A DNA stretch of 64,000 nucleotides from assembly GCA_003971905.1 (NCBI GenBank), contig RSEE01000090.1:186001-250000 (forward strand). Direction: 5' to 3'. The position numbers and the translations under genes were made by a program. This DNA is from Moniliella sp. 'wahieum'. Its lineage: Eukaryota. Below, piece by piece: positions 38,928 to 52,753 of the stretch; the stretch's first letter is position 1, and each line of letters starts with the position of its first letter. The notes below the pieces were generated by a model. The model worked only from the letters and a program-made list of their open reading frames with translations. It did not search any database and had not been told where the DNA came from.

Positions 38928-39415
38928 GAGGAGGGGCGGCTGGGCTGGTAGATGGGGGTGGGTGGGACCCGGTGCGACTGGCGACGGGCAGACGCTGCTG
39001 TGCTCCACCGCCAGGTACGCGGGGGGGGCGGACTGGACTGGGCGGTGGATAGGGCGGGACGCTGGATTGGAGATGCTGATGCTTACGCTTGCGCCGTGCG
39101 CCTGCACGCTGCACGGGGGCGCGTGTGCTGGGCGGGCGCAGGGGGCCCGCGCGGCACGGGGCGGTGAGGGGGGCGGCGTGCCACATGCCGCAGACGCGCG
39201 GCGGCAGACTAGGCGTGCAGCCGCAGCGCGTGCACGCGGACGCTGGCAGCCGCCAGTTCGCAGCGCAGCTCGCGGGCGCAGGCGCGGGGCAGGGGGGCAG
39301 TGTGGCAACGCGTCATGGGGCGGCGTGCCCAGCGGCTGGCCTAGCTATCCAACACACATGCGAGCCCATGTGCGCATCCACCCATCCCATCCGCCCCATC
39401 CGCCTGCCTGCCCCC

Positions 39416-42400
39416 ATGGCCGGCCCCCGCCCCCGTCGCCGCCACGCTCCCACTCCCCCGGCGCAGCTCGCCCCGCCCCCCACCACCCGCGCCCTCCGTA
39501 CGTCGCCCCCTCTGCCCCCGTGCCCCTCTCCTGCCGCGGCGCAGCCCGCCCTTGCGCCCACCCGCCTCGCGCCCTGCTCACTCCCCCCCCCCCCCCAGAC
39601 ACGCCCGCCCGCCCCTCCCTCCCCCACCGCCTCCCACAACGCCCGCAGCGTCTCCACCGACCCGCCCCCCCCCCCGCCTCCCCGCCCGCCATGCCCGCCC
39701 CCCCGCCCCCGACGACGACCGCCTGCACCCCCCCCGCTCACCCCCGCCCCCGCCGGCGCAACCCGCCGCAACCCGCTCCGCTCCGGCGTCCCTGTCCCCG
39801 CCCCTACCCCTGCCTCCGCCTCTGCCTCCGCCTCTGCCTCCGCCTCCCGCTCCCAGCGCGGCACCTCCCGCAGCGCCCGTCCTCCCTCCCACCGCGCCTC
39901 CGCCCGTCCCGACCCCAGCAACGACAACGATGACCAATACGGCCCGCTCGACCCCGAAGACGACGAAGTCAAACCTTCGACCGCGGCGAGGAGCTTGTCA
40001 AGCGCCGCTACCGTGAGCGTCAACGCGAGCGCCGCCGCCTCGAGAAGCAGCAGCAGCAGCTTCAACTCCGCCACCAACAGCGTCCGCCGGGCCTCACGAT
40101 GGGCTCCCTTCTCGTGCTAGTATGCCCTCCAAGATGCCGGGTGTCCAGCGCACCAGTGCCTTGAGCGCCGGACTCCCCGCCGATCCACAGCGCCGTCGCA
40201 GCGCTGCCTCCCGCCCGGCAGCATCCTGAGCGATGATCAAACCACCGCCGATCTCCGTGCGCCGAGTGAGTTTGGTACCGACGCCTCCGAGTCCGAGCTG
40301 GGCGCCCCCGACGATTCAGCCGAGTTGTGGAGCAACCGCGGGCGCCATGCTTGGCGTATCGCTCCGAGCATTGGCCAGTCACGCTCCCGTACCCAGTCGA
40401 TGGCGACTGAGGATATCGAGGCCCAAGGCGGCGCGTCTGGCGACTTGTCTTCTTCGCTCGTCGACGAGACGGCGTCCCTCCTGCCAGTGCTGTACCAGAC
40501 GTTAGCGTCAGCCAAGATGAGATTCTGATGACGGTGAGGAAGGCGCCGAGGCAGGGTTCGGATGAGGAGAATCCGGATGAGGGAGACGAGGACGAGGACG
40601 AAGACGAAGACGAGGACGCGGACGATGGCAACGACGTCGAATACACTCTCAAGGACCGCAAGATGCCATTAACATTGAGCACCCCTTTGGTCTGCCCATT
40701 TGGAAGCCGGCGCTGTACAAGAAAAACCGTTCGATCACGCGCAACGCCGAGACAGCGCTGCACAACATGCCGTCTGTGGCGGCGGAGCGTCATTTGCTGC
40801 CGGGCAATCTGCTGTGGACAGTGTTTGTTGGAAGCTGGCTCAGCGCGCTGTGCTTTGTCCTTGGTTGGGGGCTCGAATTGGTGCCCGTGGGTGGACAAAA
40901 GTATGCACGCGTCGTTCGCGAGCTGGGTACGTACATTTTCTGGCCGTTTGGCAAATACGTGGAAGTGGAGCTCGTTCCCCATGCTCGTCAGCATGGGAAC
41001 GCGATCGACTTTGCCCCTGCCTCCAGCCAAGTTGAAGAGAACCTGCCCTCGGACGACCAAACGTACGAGAATGAGTTCACTCCCGTCGTTGCCCGCTTCC
41101 CTCATGACCACACCCACCAGATCGCATTTAATTCGCGTGTCGTCCGCACCCTCCATCCCAGCTAGAGTCGTCCCGTGCTGCTTCGCAGCGGTCGTCTCGA
41201 TCCGGTTCGCCTTCCGCATCTCGTTTGACTGACGCCACCATGCTCCCGCCCCATCGTCGTGGGGAGCCCTCGGAGCACACTCCTCTCACGCAAGGCATGA
41301 CGTCCGACACCCAGCAGGGATATGGTACAGAAATCGGTCGCACTCTCACCGCCGAGCTCAAGGATTATGGTTACGTGTACGATTCGGAAGGTCATGATGT
41401 GGGCCTCGCCCACCGATGGGCTGGCAAGTTGGCTTACGGGATTGTGTTTTACTTTTTGCTGGGCCCACTGATGGGGATTGTCTGTCTCCTCTGTTGGGGT
41501 GGCGTCTTCTCGATCCCAATGGCCAAGCTCACTGGATCCTGCTCAAGAACTTGGCCACCCAACCGCTGGCCCTGCACATGCACTCGGCCGAGTACGCAGT
41601 TCATATGTTTGGCCCCGGCGGCCAGTTGGCCAATGCGGCGGCTGGCCGTGGAGGGACGTTTGTCGGGGCACGGAGACCGCGCGGCGCATGCGTCACCCCA
41701 TGGTTTTGTGCGAAAGATTGTCTCCTCCTCGCCCGAGCGGAACAGCACGATTCTCCTTTGCACGTACCGCGCCGTAGGGTGGCAGTACTACAAGTACACT
41801 GTGGGTGGGGTCAACATCTTGTTTGTCAATACGCTTCCCTTGGTCTTTTTCACCATCTTTGACTTCTTCTTCCTAAGCCCTTGGCTCACCAAGCACGGCT
41901 TTACCACTGGGTTTTGGGGTACCATCTCGAGCCACGGAGTCATCTTTGTTTTGGCCTTGGGCAGTGTGATCCCCTCTCGTACTTTATTGGTATGGCTGTC
42001 GCTTCCATTTCCGCCCAGTCGTCGATCGGTATGGGTGCGGTTATCAACGCAACGTTTGGTTCCATCATTGAGATCATCCTCTACGGCATCGCCTTGACCC
42101 AGGATAAGGCCCGTTTGGTCGAGGGCTCAATCATTGGCTCGATCTTGGCTGGTGTACTGCTGATGCCTGGACTGTCTATGGTGTCGGGGGCATCTCGGCG
42201 CAAAGAGCAGCGTTTCAATGCCCGCTCGGCCGGCGTGACGAGTACGATGCTGATCATGGCCATCATTGGTATCTTGACACCCACGTTATTCTACACAGAT
42301 CTATGGCACGTTCCAACTCACCTGCAAGGACTGCCCCGATGGGCCTAACCGGTTCGGGCTGGAATGGCAGCGAAGGGCCAGGGGATCCTGACGAATGGCA

Positions 42401-44084
42401 TTGCCGCCGCTGCTTTTACGAGCACATCCCTCCCGACCGTGATGTGTTCTTCCAAACCTCTGTCAAAGGCCTGATTTACACATGCACCGTCTTCCTCGTT
42501 TTGTCGTACGCGGTGGGACTTTGGTTCTCGCTTCGGACTCATGCGTCTCAAATTTGGCAGAACCCGACTTCCAACATTGCCCGAGAGAGCCAGGTGCCCA
42601 CCACGGGTGGGGCCGGGTCTCAGCACCCCGCAGGATTGACGCATGGTTCTCAGCTACCGTCCAGCGCATCGGGAGCGCCGCAGACCATCACGATCCAACT
42701 CGACCCCCAACGCCGAGGGAGCATCTACAAACGCCTCGCTGGGCTCGTACCGCCCCAGTTGGCCAAGTCAGGTTCGCGTCCTCGGTCAGGAGGGGTGGAT
42801 GATATGCCTCCGTTGCAGCTCCCGGCTCGTCTTACTGAGGCTGAGTATGCCCGCGCCATGGGTCTTGCCGCTCCCCCCACACCATCTTCGTCTACTGCTC
42901 CCGCTTCTTCCTCCGCCACCCGACAGCCGGCACGACGGCACGGCCGGCTCCGAGGGACCCGTCCCAACATGGCTCCCAACGTACTTCCCGCTCGGGCCCA
43001 CCGCCCCGGCGTTTCTCCCTCGTCGAGTGCCTCCCTCGGGAGCACCGACCTCGGGCGCACCGTGCCGCGGGCAGAGGCAGGTGGTCATGCGGAAGGTGGG
43101 GTGGTGGTGGGCACGATGGGCCCTCTTGGTCGCGTACGGTGAGTATGTCGGTTCTGCTTGGGTGCACGGTGCTGTATGCGATTATTGCGGAGGTGTTGGT
43201 GGATGTGGTGGATGTGGTGTTGGAAGGAAGTGGGTTGGACGAGAAGTTTTTGGGGATTACCTTATTTGCGCTGGTGCCCAACACGACCGAGTTTATGAAC
43301 GCCATGTCGTTTGCCATCAATGGCAACATTGCCCTGTCGATGGAGATTGGCTCGGCGTATGCGCTACAAGTGTGTTTGATTCAGATCCCTGCCATGGTCG
43401 CCTTTTCAGCATGGTACAATGCTCACTTGGGCGGCGTACCGAGCATGTCGCATGCCTTTACCCTCATCTTCCCCCGCTGGGACGTGATTGCGATCGTCTT
43501 CTCCATCTTCCTGATCACCTACACTTACATTGAATCCAGGAGCAACTACCATCGTGGCTCGTACGTCTTATTTTGCTTGCCTTCCCCTTCGTTTTTTCGT
43601 TTCTTTGGTTGCTTGTTTCTTTTGGGCCTGGGACATCCCCCTCACTAACTTTCCGCGTCTCCTCTCTCCTCTCTCCTCTTTCATCTCTCGTATCTCATTG
43701 CTTCTACCTCCCAGCATCCTCTTCTTCTCCTACTGCGTCTTGGTCGCCGGCTTCTTTTTTGCGCCCGACCCGAGCCAGTGGGACGGAGACGACTTGATCG
43801 GCATCCCATCCGCGGGCTACGGCACAGGCACATCCATCCCAGCCAGCTCGTTGGCTACCCCGCTCACCCTCGGCCTCGGCGACTCAGTGCACCACTACGC
43901 CTTAGCCAGCGCCGGGCGATTTGGCGCAGCGCCACTGCCCCTGGCCCACACCGCCGTCGCCGCCGCCTTCCAACGCCTCCATCGCAGCTCTCAGCGGCCT
44001 CACGCACTACGCCTCCCCGCCCGCGTGGGGCGTGACCCGCTGGGCGCAGGCGGTCTGGGGCAGTCTGTGGACACGGTAGGGTAG
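39416..44084 (+). CDS. VNX1: Vnx1-type vacuolar monovalent cation(Ca2+)/H+ antiporter (CaCA family, YccF/DUF307 domain)
   Basis: EYTLKDR-DAINIEHPFGLPIWKPALYKKNRS, LPGNLLW, YIFWPFGKYV, YYKYTVGGVNILF, alpha-1 GAVINATFGSIIEIILY, FSLRTHASQIW and alpha-2 LFALVPNTTEFMNAMSFAINGNIALSMEIG. Intron near 43561-43714. Confidence 0.93.
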
Positions 44085-45090
44085 GCTACTGTACTTACCT
44101 TGTCCTGCCCTTGCCCTTGTCCTCGTCCCGCTCGCGCATGGCGGATCCCATGTCGTTGAGGCCCGAGAGAAGGCACCTACCTTCTCTCTTGTCCATGTGC
44201 CCGAGAGATATGTCTCAAAGGGTGCTAAGCTTATGTGGCCTGCTATGGATCGACCGTCCCCTTCCCCTTCCCCTCTCCCTCCTCTCCTCCCCATGTTTCC
44301 CTCCTCATTTTTTCCCTCTCCATTTTTCCCCTTCCATTTTTCCCTCCCCTTTCCCATTATTGTCTTCTGTTGGGTTTCTTTCGTCTTCCCCCCTATCTCT
44401 ACCTCTACCTCGTTTTGTCTCCCCTTCTTCGCCCCCGCTTGTGGGTGGGCGGGGGGGAGCTCATCTGCACCTCTCCCATAGGAACGCATTCTTACCTATT
44501 CACCCTTTATTCACCCTTTTTTGTCTGTGTGGGGACTCAGTACTCACGACTCACGTGTACAATAGTGAGGCCACCAGTGAGGGCTGCGCCGACAGTGGGT
44601 ACCGAGGGGGAATCTTATCTTCGCTCAGGAGAATGGACCATTCACCCATTCACCTTTCGCCATGCAACAGCACCGCTTCACGCTATGTTTTACTGATCCA
44701 GGGAATGGTAGGGCAGCTTGCCGCCCACGGGGCGGGCAGGACATGGTTCAGTCTCGTCATCCACGGGGGGACGTTGTCTAGTCTGCATTTCTACGTTGTG
44801 TAATCTCTCGGGGCACGCGCTCAGCGGCCTGAACCAGTCTGGTCGGGCCAGCGATCAAGCTTCGATCAAGCCGGATCGCCCCCTCCCCCGCCCCGCCTAC
44901 GTGCAGTCGGCTGTTTGCTGGAAATGTGCAAAACCGGAAATGTGCACACCACATGCTAGGAATGAAGATGATCCATGAGCCTCCGGTGGCTGGAGCAATC
45001 CCAAACGGCCGAGGCCGGACAAACAGGGAGGATAGGAAGGATAGCCGATGACCTCATCGTTCCGCTGGCACGCGCCCTTACTTCGTTGCG

Positions 45091-46643
45091 CTACGTCTGG
45101 TGCGTAGCGTATGTAGCTTGGTTCGTACTGGAACCCGAGGCGAGCAGGGCAGTTTGAGCGGGCGTCAGAGCATAGGGCTGTTTGGCGCGTGCCTCCATCA
45201 AGCCCAATCGGGTAGTCTGGACCGAATACAGCGTCCAGGGGTAGTACCTCCACCGGGTCCAAGGCCACCCCGAGGGGAGGTACTTGGGCACGGTGGCGCG
45301 CGTGTCGCGCAGCAAGTCGGTTCGCACTTGCTGGAACAGAGCCGGTTTGTCCGTCAAGACCGCGTCCAAGCCCCACAGCGCCGACTGCACCATCTCATCC
45401 GCCAAATTCACTGTCCAGACCGTACCATCTTCCCGGCCGCCTTGGCCTCGCGGAAGAACAGGGTGCCCTCGGCGGTGAGGAGCGAATCAAAGTGCATGCT
45501 AAACCCAGCCACATATGGCCAAAAGTACTGCCGTGCCAAGGCGGGACTGCCACCAATGTGAACGCGGGTGAGTTCGGGGACATACTGCATTGCATACGGC
45601 AAAAATTTGGGGTGCCACAAGCCCAGCAGGATGCGCGGCGCCAAGTCGGTTTGCCATGCCGGGTACTGGCGCACCAAGCGCGCCATCAGACGAAACAGTC
45701 GTTCCGGATCGTTTTCAGGCTTGATGTCAATGTTGGCCTTGACGTGACGGTAGGCCGGGCGCATCATCAGTTCGCACAGTTGCTCAAACCGAGGGATTTG
45801 CTGCGCGGGCACTTCCAGCGTTCGCACATGTTCCACCCCGCCGTACCAATTTTGGTCCTGGATCATGCCCTTGCCATCGGTCGTGCGCTCCAGCGCAGGG
45901 TCATGGAAGATGAGAATCACATCGTCTTGCGTGATGTGCACATCTGCCAAAAGAACACAGGAAGCGAAGGGGGAGAATAGGGGAGAAGGGGGGGTTAGCG
46001 TGTTGTTCATTCATTGGTAGGGACAAGAGAGGAAAGAACCACAATCACAACCAAACCCAACCCAAAACCCAAAAACAGAAGAGAGGCAGAGAGAGGAAAA
46101 CAACGTACCAGTCTCAATCCCCTCCGAACCATCTTGGATTGCGCGCTCAAAAGACGGAAGTGTGTTCTCTGGGAAAACACCCGATGCGCCACGATGCCCC
46201 CAACACTCGGGCAGGGGGAAAGGCAAGCCAGGATGCCCATGCGACAGCGCGTTCTTGTTCGGTGGAGCCTCGACAGTCCCCTTCTTCTCCGTAGGGGCTG
46301 ATGTAACCTGAGCGGGGGGAGGGCGCGTGGTGGGCTGTTTGCCCGGCAGCCCCGACGTTGCATCGACGACCGTGTCCAAAATGCGGGGCAGCAGGGCCAG
46401 GAGCCAAGTTGGACCCAGCCATCTGGCCTCCTCGGCAGACAGGGCGGGGAACGAAGCGCTTGCAAAAGAGGGCGAGGTGGTGGAGGGAAGTGGCGAGGGG
46501 CAAAAGGAAGATGTTGAAAAAGACGGGCAGATGGAGCGCGAACCAGCACAGGACCAACGACACCAGTACCTGCACCCTTCGACTGGCGGGCGCACTGGGT
46601 AGGCCCGCGGTGGGGCGGCACTGATGCTGCTGTGGAGAGTCAT
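45091..46643 (-). CDS. PGC1: Glycerophosphodiester phosphodiesterase, Pgc1-like phosphatidylglycerol phospholipase C
   Basis: LPECWGHRGASGVFPENTLPSFERAIQDGSEGIET|DVHITQDDVILIFHDPALERTTDGKG, NIDIKPENDP, RILLGLWHPKF and WTVN...GLDAVLTDKP. Intron at about 45944-46108. Confidence 0.85.
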
Positions 46644-47489
46644 CGCAGCGGCACAGTGGGGTCAGCAGAGGCGAGCGTGGAAGGTATCAGGGACGTGTGC
46701 TGGTGATGGTGGTGGTGGGGGCGGTGGTGGGGGCGGCGGTGGGGACTTGGCCAGCGAGAAGACAACCGAGCCGCGAACGTCGAACAACGCGGCAGGGACT
46801 CGCTTTTGTTGTCGATCATATCCAGACACGGTCTGGCCTATCTGGCCTACATAAGGCCACAGGGGGAGTCACTTGGTCACGAGTCACTGGTGAGTCGCGT
46901 CACGCGTCACCAGGTCACCGGGCGTCGAGTGATAGTCTTGATAATCGATAAAAACCGGGACAACCGGCCTAACCGGTCGATGGTACCAGCAGCAACTAAT
47001 CGAGTACTAATCGACTAACCGTTGCTAGCGATGTGTCGAAGGCCAACGGCTGATCCGTCCTTTCCCCGCCCCACTGTGACGAGATTTGCGATGAACAAGA
47101 TGGCGACCCATCGGCCCACCCGCCTTTGGCATTGTTTCTTCTCCACATGGGCAAATCCTTGTTTGACAATTAAGGGCTAGCGGGTATATATAGTTGTTCA
47201 ATTTTGAACTTGCAGCCTGTCGGTCTCAGTAGTAGTCACTCCCAGCACAAATGTCTGGTGTCTATTGTGTTCGCGAGGAGGGTGCCCAGAAGCCCTGCAA
47301 TCAGGTCTACCAACCTCACTCAATGAATCCTTGGTATTGCGGGCCTAACAGCATTGAGATTTGAGAGCCAATCTCCATCGCTAGTCACTTGTTTTGCGAG
47401 TTATTATTTGTTTGCCCTTGCGAGATCGGTGCTCAGTGCGGCCTTACGATGTAACATGCGGGGCCAACTCCTCTGGCACGTGGCATCCT

Positions 47490-50467
47490 TTATTCGGCGT
47501 CAAACGCAACCCGTGCGCCTGCAAACACATAAGGGTAGGGCGTCTGGTACCAGTTCACCACCGACTCGCGCGAAGCAATTCCCTGTCGTGGCCCAAGACG
47601 CGCCGAGGACGACCGAGTGTTGGCCATCGAAAAAGTCCGACGAGTAGCCTGGGTAGAGCTTACTCGCCACAAACCCTTTCGGCGCAGCCAGCGGAGTCGA
47701 CGTCCATTCCCACACCCCTCATTGTGCCCCGGGATCATCTGGCCGTCCGTGTCGAGCAGGGCAACGGTGGCGGGAACGGGATGCCAGTTGCGCAGCCCTA
47801 CGTTCGTCCCTGGCCGATCGGTACGGTAGTTGGGATGAGAGAGAAAGATACGGAGCTCGGCTTGGGTCGGTAAACGTCCCCCTTGCGCCTTGGCATACGC
47901 CGCCAAGTCTTGTCCCGAAGCTTGGACCGGCCACAACTCAGCCACCGACATTGCAACAGGTCCATACACCGTTTTCACCCCATACCGTTCGGCCATTGAC
48001 CCCATCCCTTGCTTCTCCCCCATCTCGACCCACGAAGCGGGCACCGCCACCGTTTCCCCTGCCTTCTTGAGCTGGTCCAGGTAGGATGCATATTCACCGT
48101 TTGTAATGGGACCCGCGCGCACCGCAAATGGCTTGACCAGCACCACGTTGGCAGGCGACTCAATGTCCCATCCAAATTCAGGATGGTCCAGCATCTCGTT
48201 CCATCTCTCGACTTCCTCGCCGCGCGGGCCCGGGGGAAGCGCATGGTCGAAATCCTCGGCTTCCAAGTCGTTGTGGCCTAGCACCTTGCCCGCCCGGGAA
48301 ATGGATCAAGCCATGACGAGCCTTCTGCCCCCCCTGGGCTTGGTCTGAGCGAGTCCACTTCCTCTGCAAGCTGGCCCAGTCTGGAACGGTGAAGGAGGGA
48401 GGCGGGAGCGTGAGGGGGGATTGGGCCAACATGTACAAGAGCGTCTCCATGTGAAGCGCAATGTGTTCAAACACTTGCCACAATCCACGTGCTTGTCGAC
48501 GATTCAGCGAGCGCGTGCCAGCCGCCACCTCGGCGTAGAGCGCCCGCACACGCTCTTGCACTTGCCGCTCGTACGCTGCCACGTCCTGGACCAATGGCCA
48601 CTCGTCTGTGCTCAGTGGCACATCACTGTGGCTGTGCGTCACCTCGCCCGTCTCCATCGAAGGGTCGATGCCACGCTCAAAGAGGTTGCCGTACTCCGGG
48701 TTCAGTTGCCGCTCGCCATACATGCGAGCAATAAAGATGTCGACAAAGGCAGGGATGTGCCGGCGTAGAAGAGAGGAATGTGGCGCAAATCGATCGGTTT
48801 GATGTGCATCAGGGTGGGAGAGACCATGGCGAAAGCGACCGTATCCCATGCCTTCCACATCCCATCCCACTCTGCTAGCGATGGGATTCCGCGATTGACC
48901 GGACCCCAACGTGACACCCCGTACCCGCACCGTTCTGGGCCATCGTCATCGTGGGCGCCACCCGCTGCGAGCCGGTAGAGCCAAACCAAAAGGAGGTTTT
49001 TCCACCAACCATAGATCGTACCGATCCCCTCGTCCGCCCACGCTTGCACCACGCGCAGGCCAGCACCATCAACATCTCATGCGCCTCGCGGGACAGTACT
49101 TGATACTCTGTTCCACAAACACACCAGTTCGCCTTGTCAAAGTGGACCGTCGTGCTGCCTCCTGTGGTGGCAGGCAGCGTCACGTCCTGATCCAGGAGGA
49201 GCGGTAGTAGGCCTCGTGACGCCCAAGCGGCACATTGTACCGTCCTATGTACTCAAATGTACTGGGGTCGAGGTGCGAGGTGCCGTGCGAGGCAGTGTGC
49301 AAGAGGTGCTGCGCATGCACTAGCCCATTCCTGAGAAACTTGGCCGTCACGCCCGCCCGATCATTGTAGGCGCGAGTCACCAAGCTTGCTTCGTTCCGTC
49401 GGTCCATCCCGATCAACAACACATCCTGCTCGCATCGACTCTTGCTGCATCCGGCGCAGCATTGCCGTCGCCTCGGCCCGGTCCAGATTGCCAATCGAGC
49501 TACCGAGCCAGAGAATCGCGCCGGCCTTCGGACGAGGCAGAGAAAGGTCCTTGAGCCCTCCAGAACGAATGAACTCTAAGCCTGTGGGTGGGGAAAAAGA
49601 CAGACATTGCAAAAAGGTTAGTAGGTAGGTAGTCAGAACACGCGCCCGTTTGTAATGGGACCGAGAGGACGGGGAAGAAGAACATACCTTGGTCATATGT
49701 TGCCCATAGTCCACCGAGACCAACCGTTTGGCCGCCCACCGTCGCGGGTCCATCCACCTCCGCAACTGACTGAGCCTTATGCAACGCCGACAAGGTTCGC
49801 ACCAACTCGGCTCGGTCCAGGTCCAGAGCATGATACGTGATGGAAGGTGGCGTGCCTTGGTACGCGATGCGGTCCTCAACTTGGGAGCAACCGCACTCAG
49901 TGCTTGGATCAAATGCCCCGTCTTGCGCAGCGACCCTGCCCCCAGTTCCAACATGGACCGGCGCGACGGGCACGCTGGTGTGCGGGCGGAAGAGCCGAGG
50001 GACAGACTGGCTTCGGTAGGGGGCCCACGAGCTGATGAGCAATTTCCTTGCTGTGCTTGGCCAAGATGCTAAGCTCGGGGGAACAGGTACTGCACCAACG
50101 GGATGGAACGTCAGCTTGGCGTGCGCATGCATCGCGCGACACAAAAGCCAACGGGACAGATCGCAACGCAGCAACAACAACAACAACGTACATAGTCATC
50201 TTCCTTGATCAGCTCATCGTAGATGGTAAGGCCGCGTTGGTCGTAGAGGAGAACAGTGGGAAGGGTCTTGGTGTAGGCGTAGGCGGCGTCGGCGGGCGTG
50301 GTGCCTGGAACGATGCGATGGGTGCTGGTGAGGCCGGCGACAATGGCACGGACTAGGTGGGCGTCCATGTCATGGTGCTGGTTGTACAGAGCGGTGATGG
50401 GCACCGTGGACGCGGCAGGAGCGGGCGTGAAGGCGGTCGGGACGGCGGGCGTGGCGATGGGAGGCAT
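47490..50467 (-). CDS. egt1: Ergothioneine biosynthesis protein Egt1 (histidine N-trimethyltransferase fused to sulfoxide synthase)
   Basis: Methyltransferase: KTLPTVLLYDQRGL, LELGAGSLRKT, YHALDLD, LWLGSSIGN, RAYNDRAGVTAKF and GRHEAYY. Sulfoxide synthase: KPIDLRH..FY.GHIP, FERGIDP, iron motif EHIALHMETLLYM, ITNGEY, GRLPT, LYPGYSSDFFDGQH and NWYQ..YPY..AGAR. Confidence 0.95.
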
Positions 50468-52753
50468 GGTGGGGGGGGTGTAGGTGGTGGCGGTGGGCAA
50501 ACACGGAAGAAGGACGTTGGATATAAGAGGGAGGCGGGGGGGGGCCGACGGGGCACAGCACAGACAGAGCGCCCAAGGCAGATCAGGGCAGACGAAGCAG
50601 GAGGCAGACGCTGGGGCAGACAGGGCAGGGTGGCTGGGGGGCAGCTTGAAGCGAATAAAGCTCAAGGATCTGAAGCTTCAAGTCCGAAGTCTGACGTCTC
50701 TGAAGCTCTTGAAGCTTGAAGGTACAAACTGGAAACGATTAGTGATCTAGTGATGCTTGATGCTTGATGCTTGATGCTGAGGCACTCAAGCACAGCCGTC
50801 ACGCGTCACGAAGGAGCTTTGGTCAGCGGCGCTTGAGCCCCCGCCACCAGAAGCAGCACAAGTTTCCTCAAGTAGAAGCTTTCAGCGCCGCAAGTGCAAG
50901 CGACTTGGGGCATGCTTGACGGAGGCGGCACGGAGGCAGTCGGCACGCTCCGGGCAGGGGTGGTGGGCCTCAAATCGCAGGGAGCCAAGGTGAACTTCAG
51001 CTGAAGCTTCAAGAGACGCGGGCCTGCTGGACAGACCACCACCCTATCGTCTGCCCGTCGCAGCAGTCGCAGCCAGGTGGCGACGGGGGTGACCGGTGAC
51101 GCGTGACAATGACGTAGTTGGACAGCTTGTCTCACGGCTGGCGCTGTGCGCCCTGCACGACGCTGAAGGCACGCGGCACGTGCACTCGGCCTCCGCGTCC
51201 TCGCGTCCGTGCGTCCATCGCCTTCCCTAGCCGCCACCCCATCGCTACCCTATCGAGAGCCAGCGCCCGTGCCTGCCGCCAGGCACAACCCCCGCGGTGC
51301 GCAGGACCGGCATAATCGACATACTTCAACCATCTTGCTGCAGCCAGCCGCCCGCGGCTGCACGATCGCGGCCAAACAGCGTGTCCCCGCGGCCAAAATA
51401 CGCAAGCCACACCCCCAGCACTGCCCCCGTGGCCTTCCCCTCCGGAGCTTAACGTTTCTTACCTCCTGCTAGTGTACCTTTTGTCGGGCCAGCCCCATCG
51501 CGCTTTTTCGCGGCATCCGAGTCGAACCCAGCGTCAGCCTCCTTGGGGGGCGATCTGACCGAGCAGGGCCGAGCAGAGGCCGAGCACTGACCTCGCTTGT
51601 TCGCTCGCAAGGCCTTGGACCTTGAATTTGAGCGCATCCGGGCGGTCTCTACCCTTCTAGCACAAGTATTCTGCGGTTGTGTGGGTGTGTGGGGTGGTGG
51701 GTAGCAGATAAGCCTTCGGAGAACAGGTCGCATGTCAATATGTCAATGCCATTCCTCTGACCTCCTGTTATAGGCGGTGCATTTTTGTCCTAATAAATCC
51801 GCGCCCACAGGCCACATGTCCATGCATGCGTATCATGCAGCGACGTGTGTCCTATTCCCCGCCCGCCTATGGAGGCTGCAATGGAAGCGACTGAAGCGTA
51901 TACGACCCCGGGTGTCGGGCAGTGTAGGCCATCGTATGCGGCGGAGCCATGTGGGCGTTGTTGGTGGCAAAAGACGCAGGGGGCAGAGCTATACAGGAGA
52001 TGGCGAGTGAGTTTATAGTCGCTGTTGGCGTATGTACGTATGGCAACCGCACACGCGACATCAATTAACGTTCAACACGTGCAAGTGACGTTCAACCCTT
52101 AATTGATGGCGTATATACGTATACGTGTTGCAAAAGGTGGATGGTGGATGGAGGATGTGGTTCTGTTGAGGAGATAGAGGTACTGCCCTGGAGACTATGA
52201 GAAGAGTACAAAACCGTACATACTACACGTCCACCGCGATGTGAGAGTGCATCACAGGGGGACAGGAGCACTGATATACTCTCACGTAGGATGGCATGGG
52301 GTGCGGCGATCACTCTCATCGCAACAATAACTATAAACCCCGCAACTCTTTGATCTTCGCCAACTGAGCCAACTCCGGTGCACGGTGCATGGCACGTGCG
52401 CCACTTGTTGTTTCTCGCTGATGCGATGGAGATCATGAGGGGGTGGGTAGGTTACAGCATTTCTTGGTCCCCGTTCATCACCTGTCCAAAGCGGTTTCCA
52501 TTCGCTTTTCTCTCCCGGCTTCAAAATGTGGTACAAAACCTCGTGGTACCTGAGTAATAACCCCCTGTTACCTGGTAACCCGGCTGTGTATATCCCGCTG
52601 CTATTGCTGCTGCCCTCGGTCTGGCATTGAGTATGGGTCGCTTCCCGATGCTTGACGGTGTGAATTGTCCGCCTCTCGCTCCCTACCACGGTACCCATAG
52701 TATGCAGGTCTACCCTCCAAAGCTATAATTTCCATAGCCTTTTTTGTGCGTGG

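Noticed and set aside
38371..40120. Long Gly/Arg/Pro-rich ORFs (also at 4432-5583, 13671-14900 and 18672-19793)
   Set aside because: These are antisense or off-frame shadows of real genes in very GC-rich DNA.
50671..51012. Heat-shock elements (TGAAGCTTCA at 50671 and 51002)
   Set aside because: Each has only two inverted nGAAn units, and they are explained equally well by the AAGCTT-type heptamer pattern.
51500..51560. tRNA or Pol III gene on the minus strand (GGTTCGACTC B-box-like)
   Set aside because: No T-stem pairing, acceptor stem or A-box.
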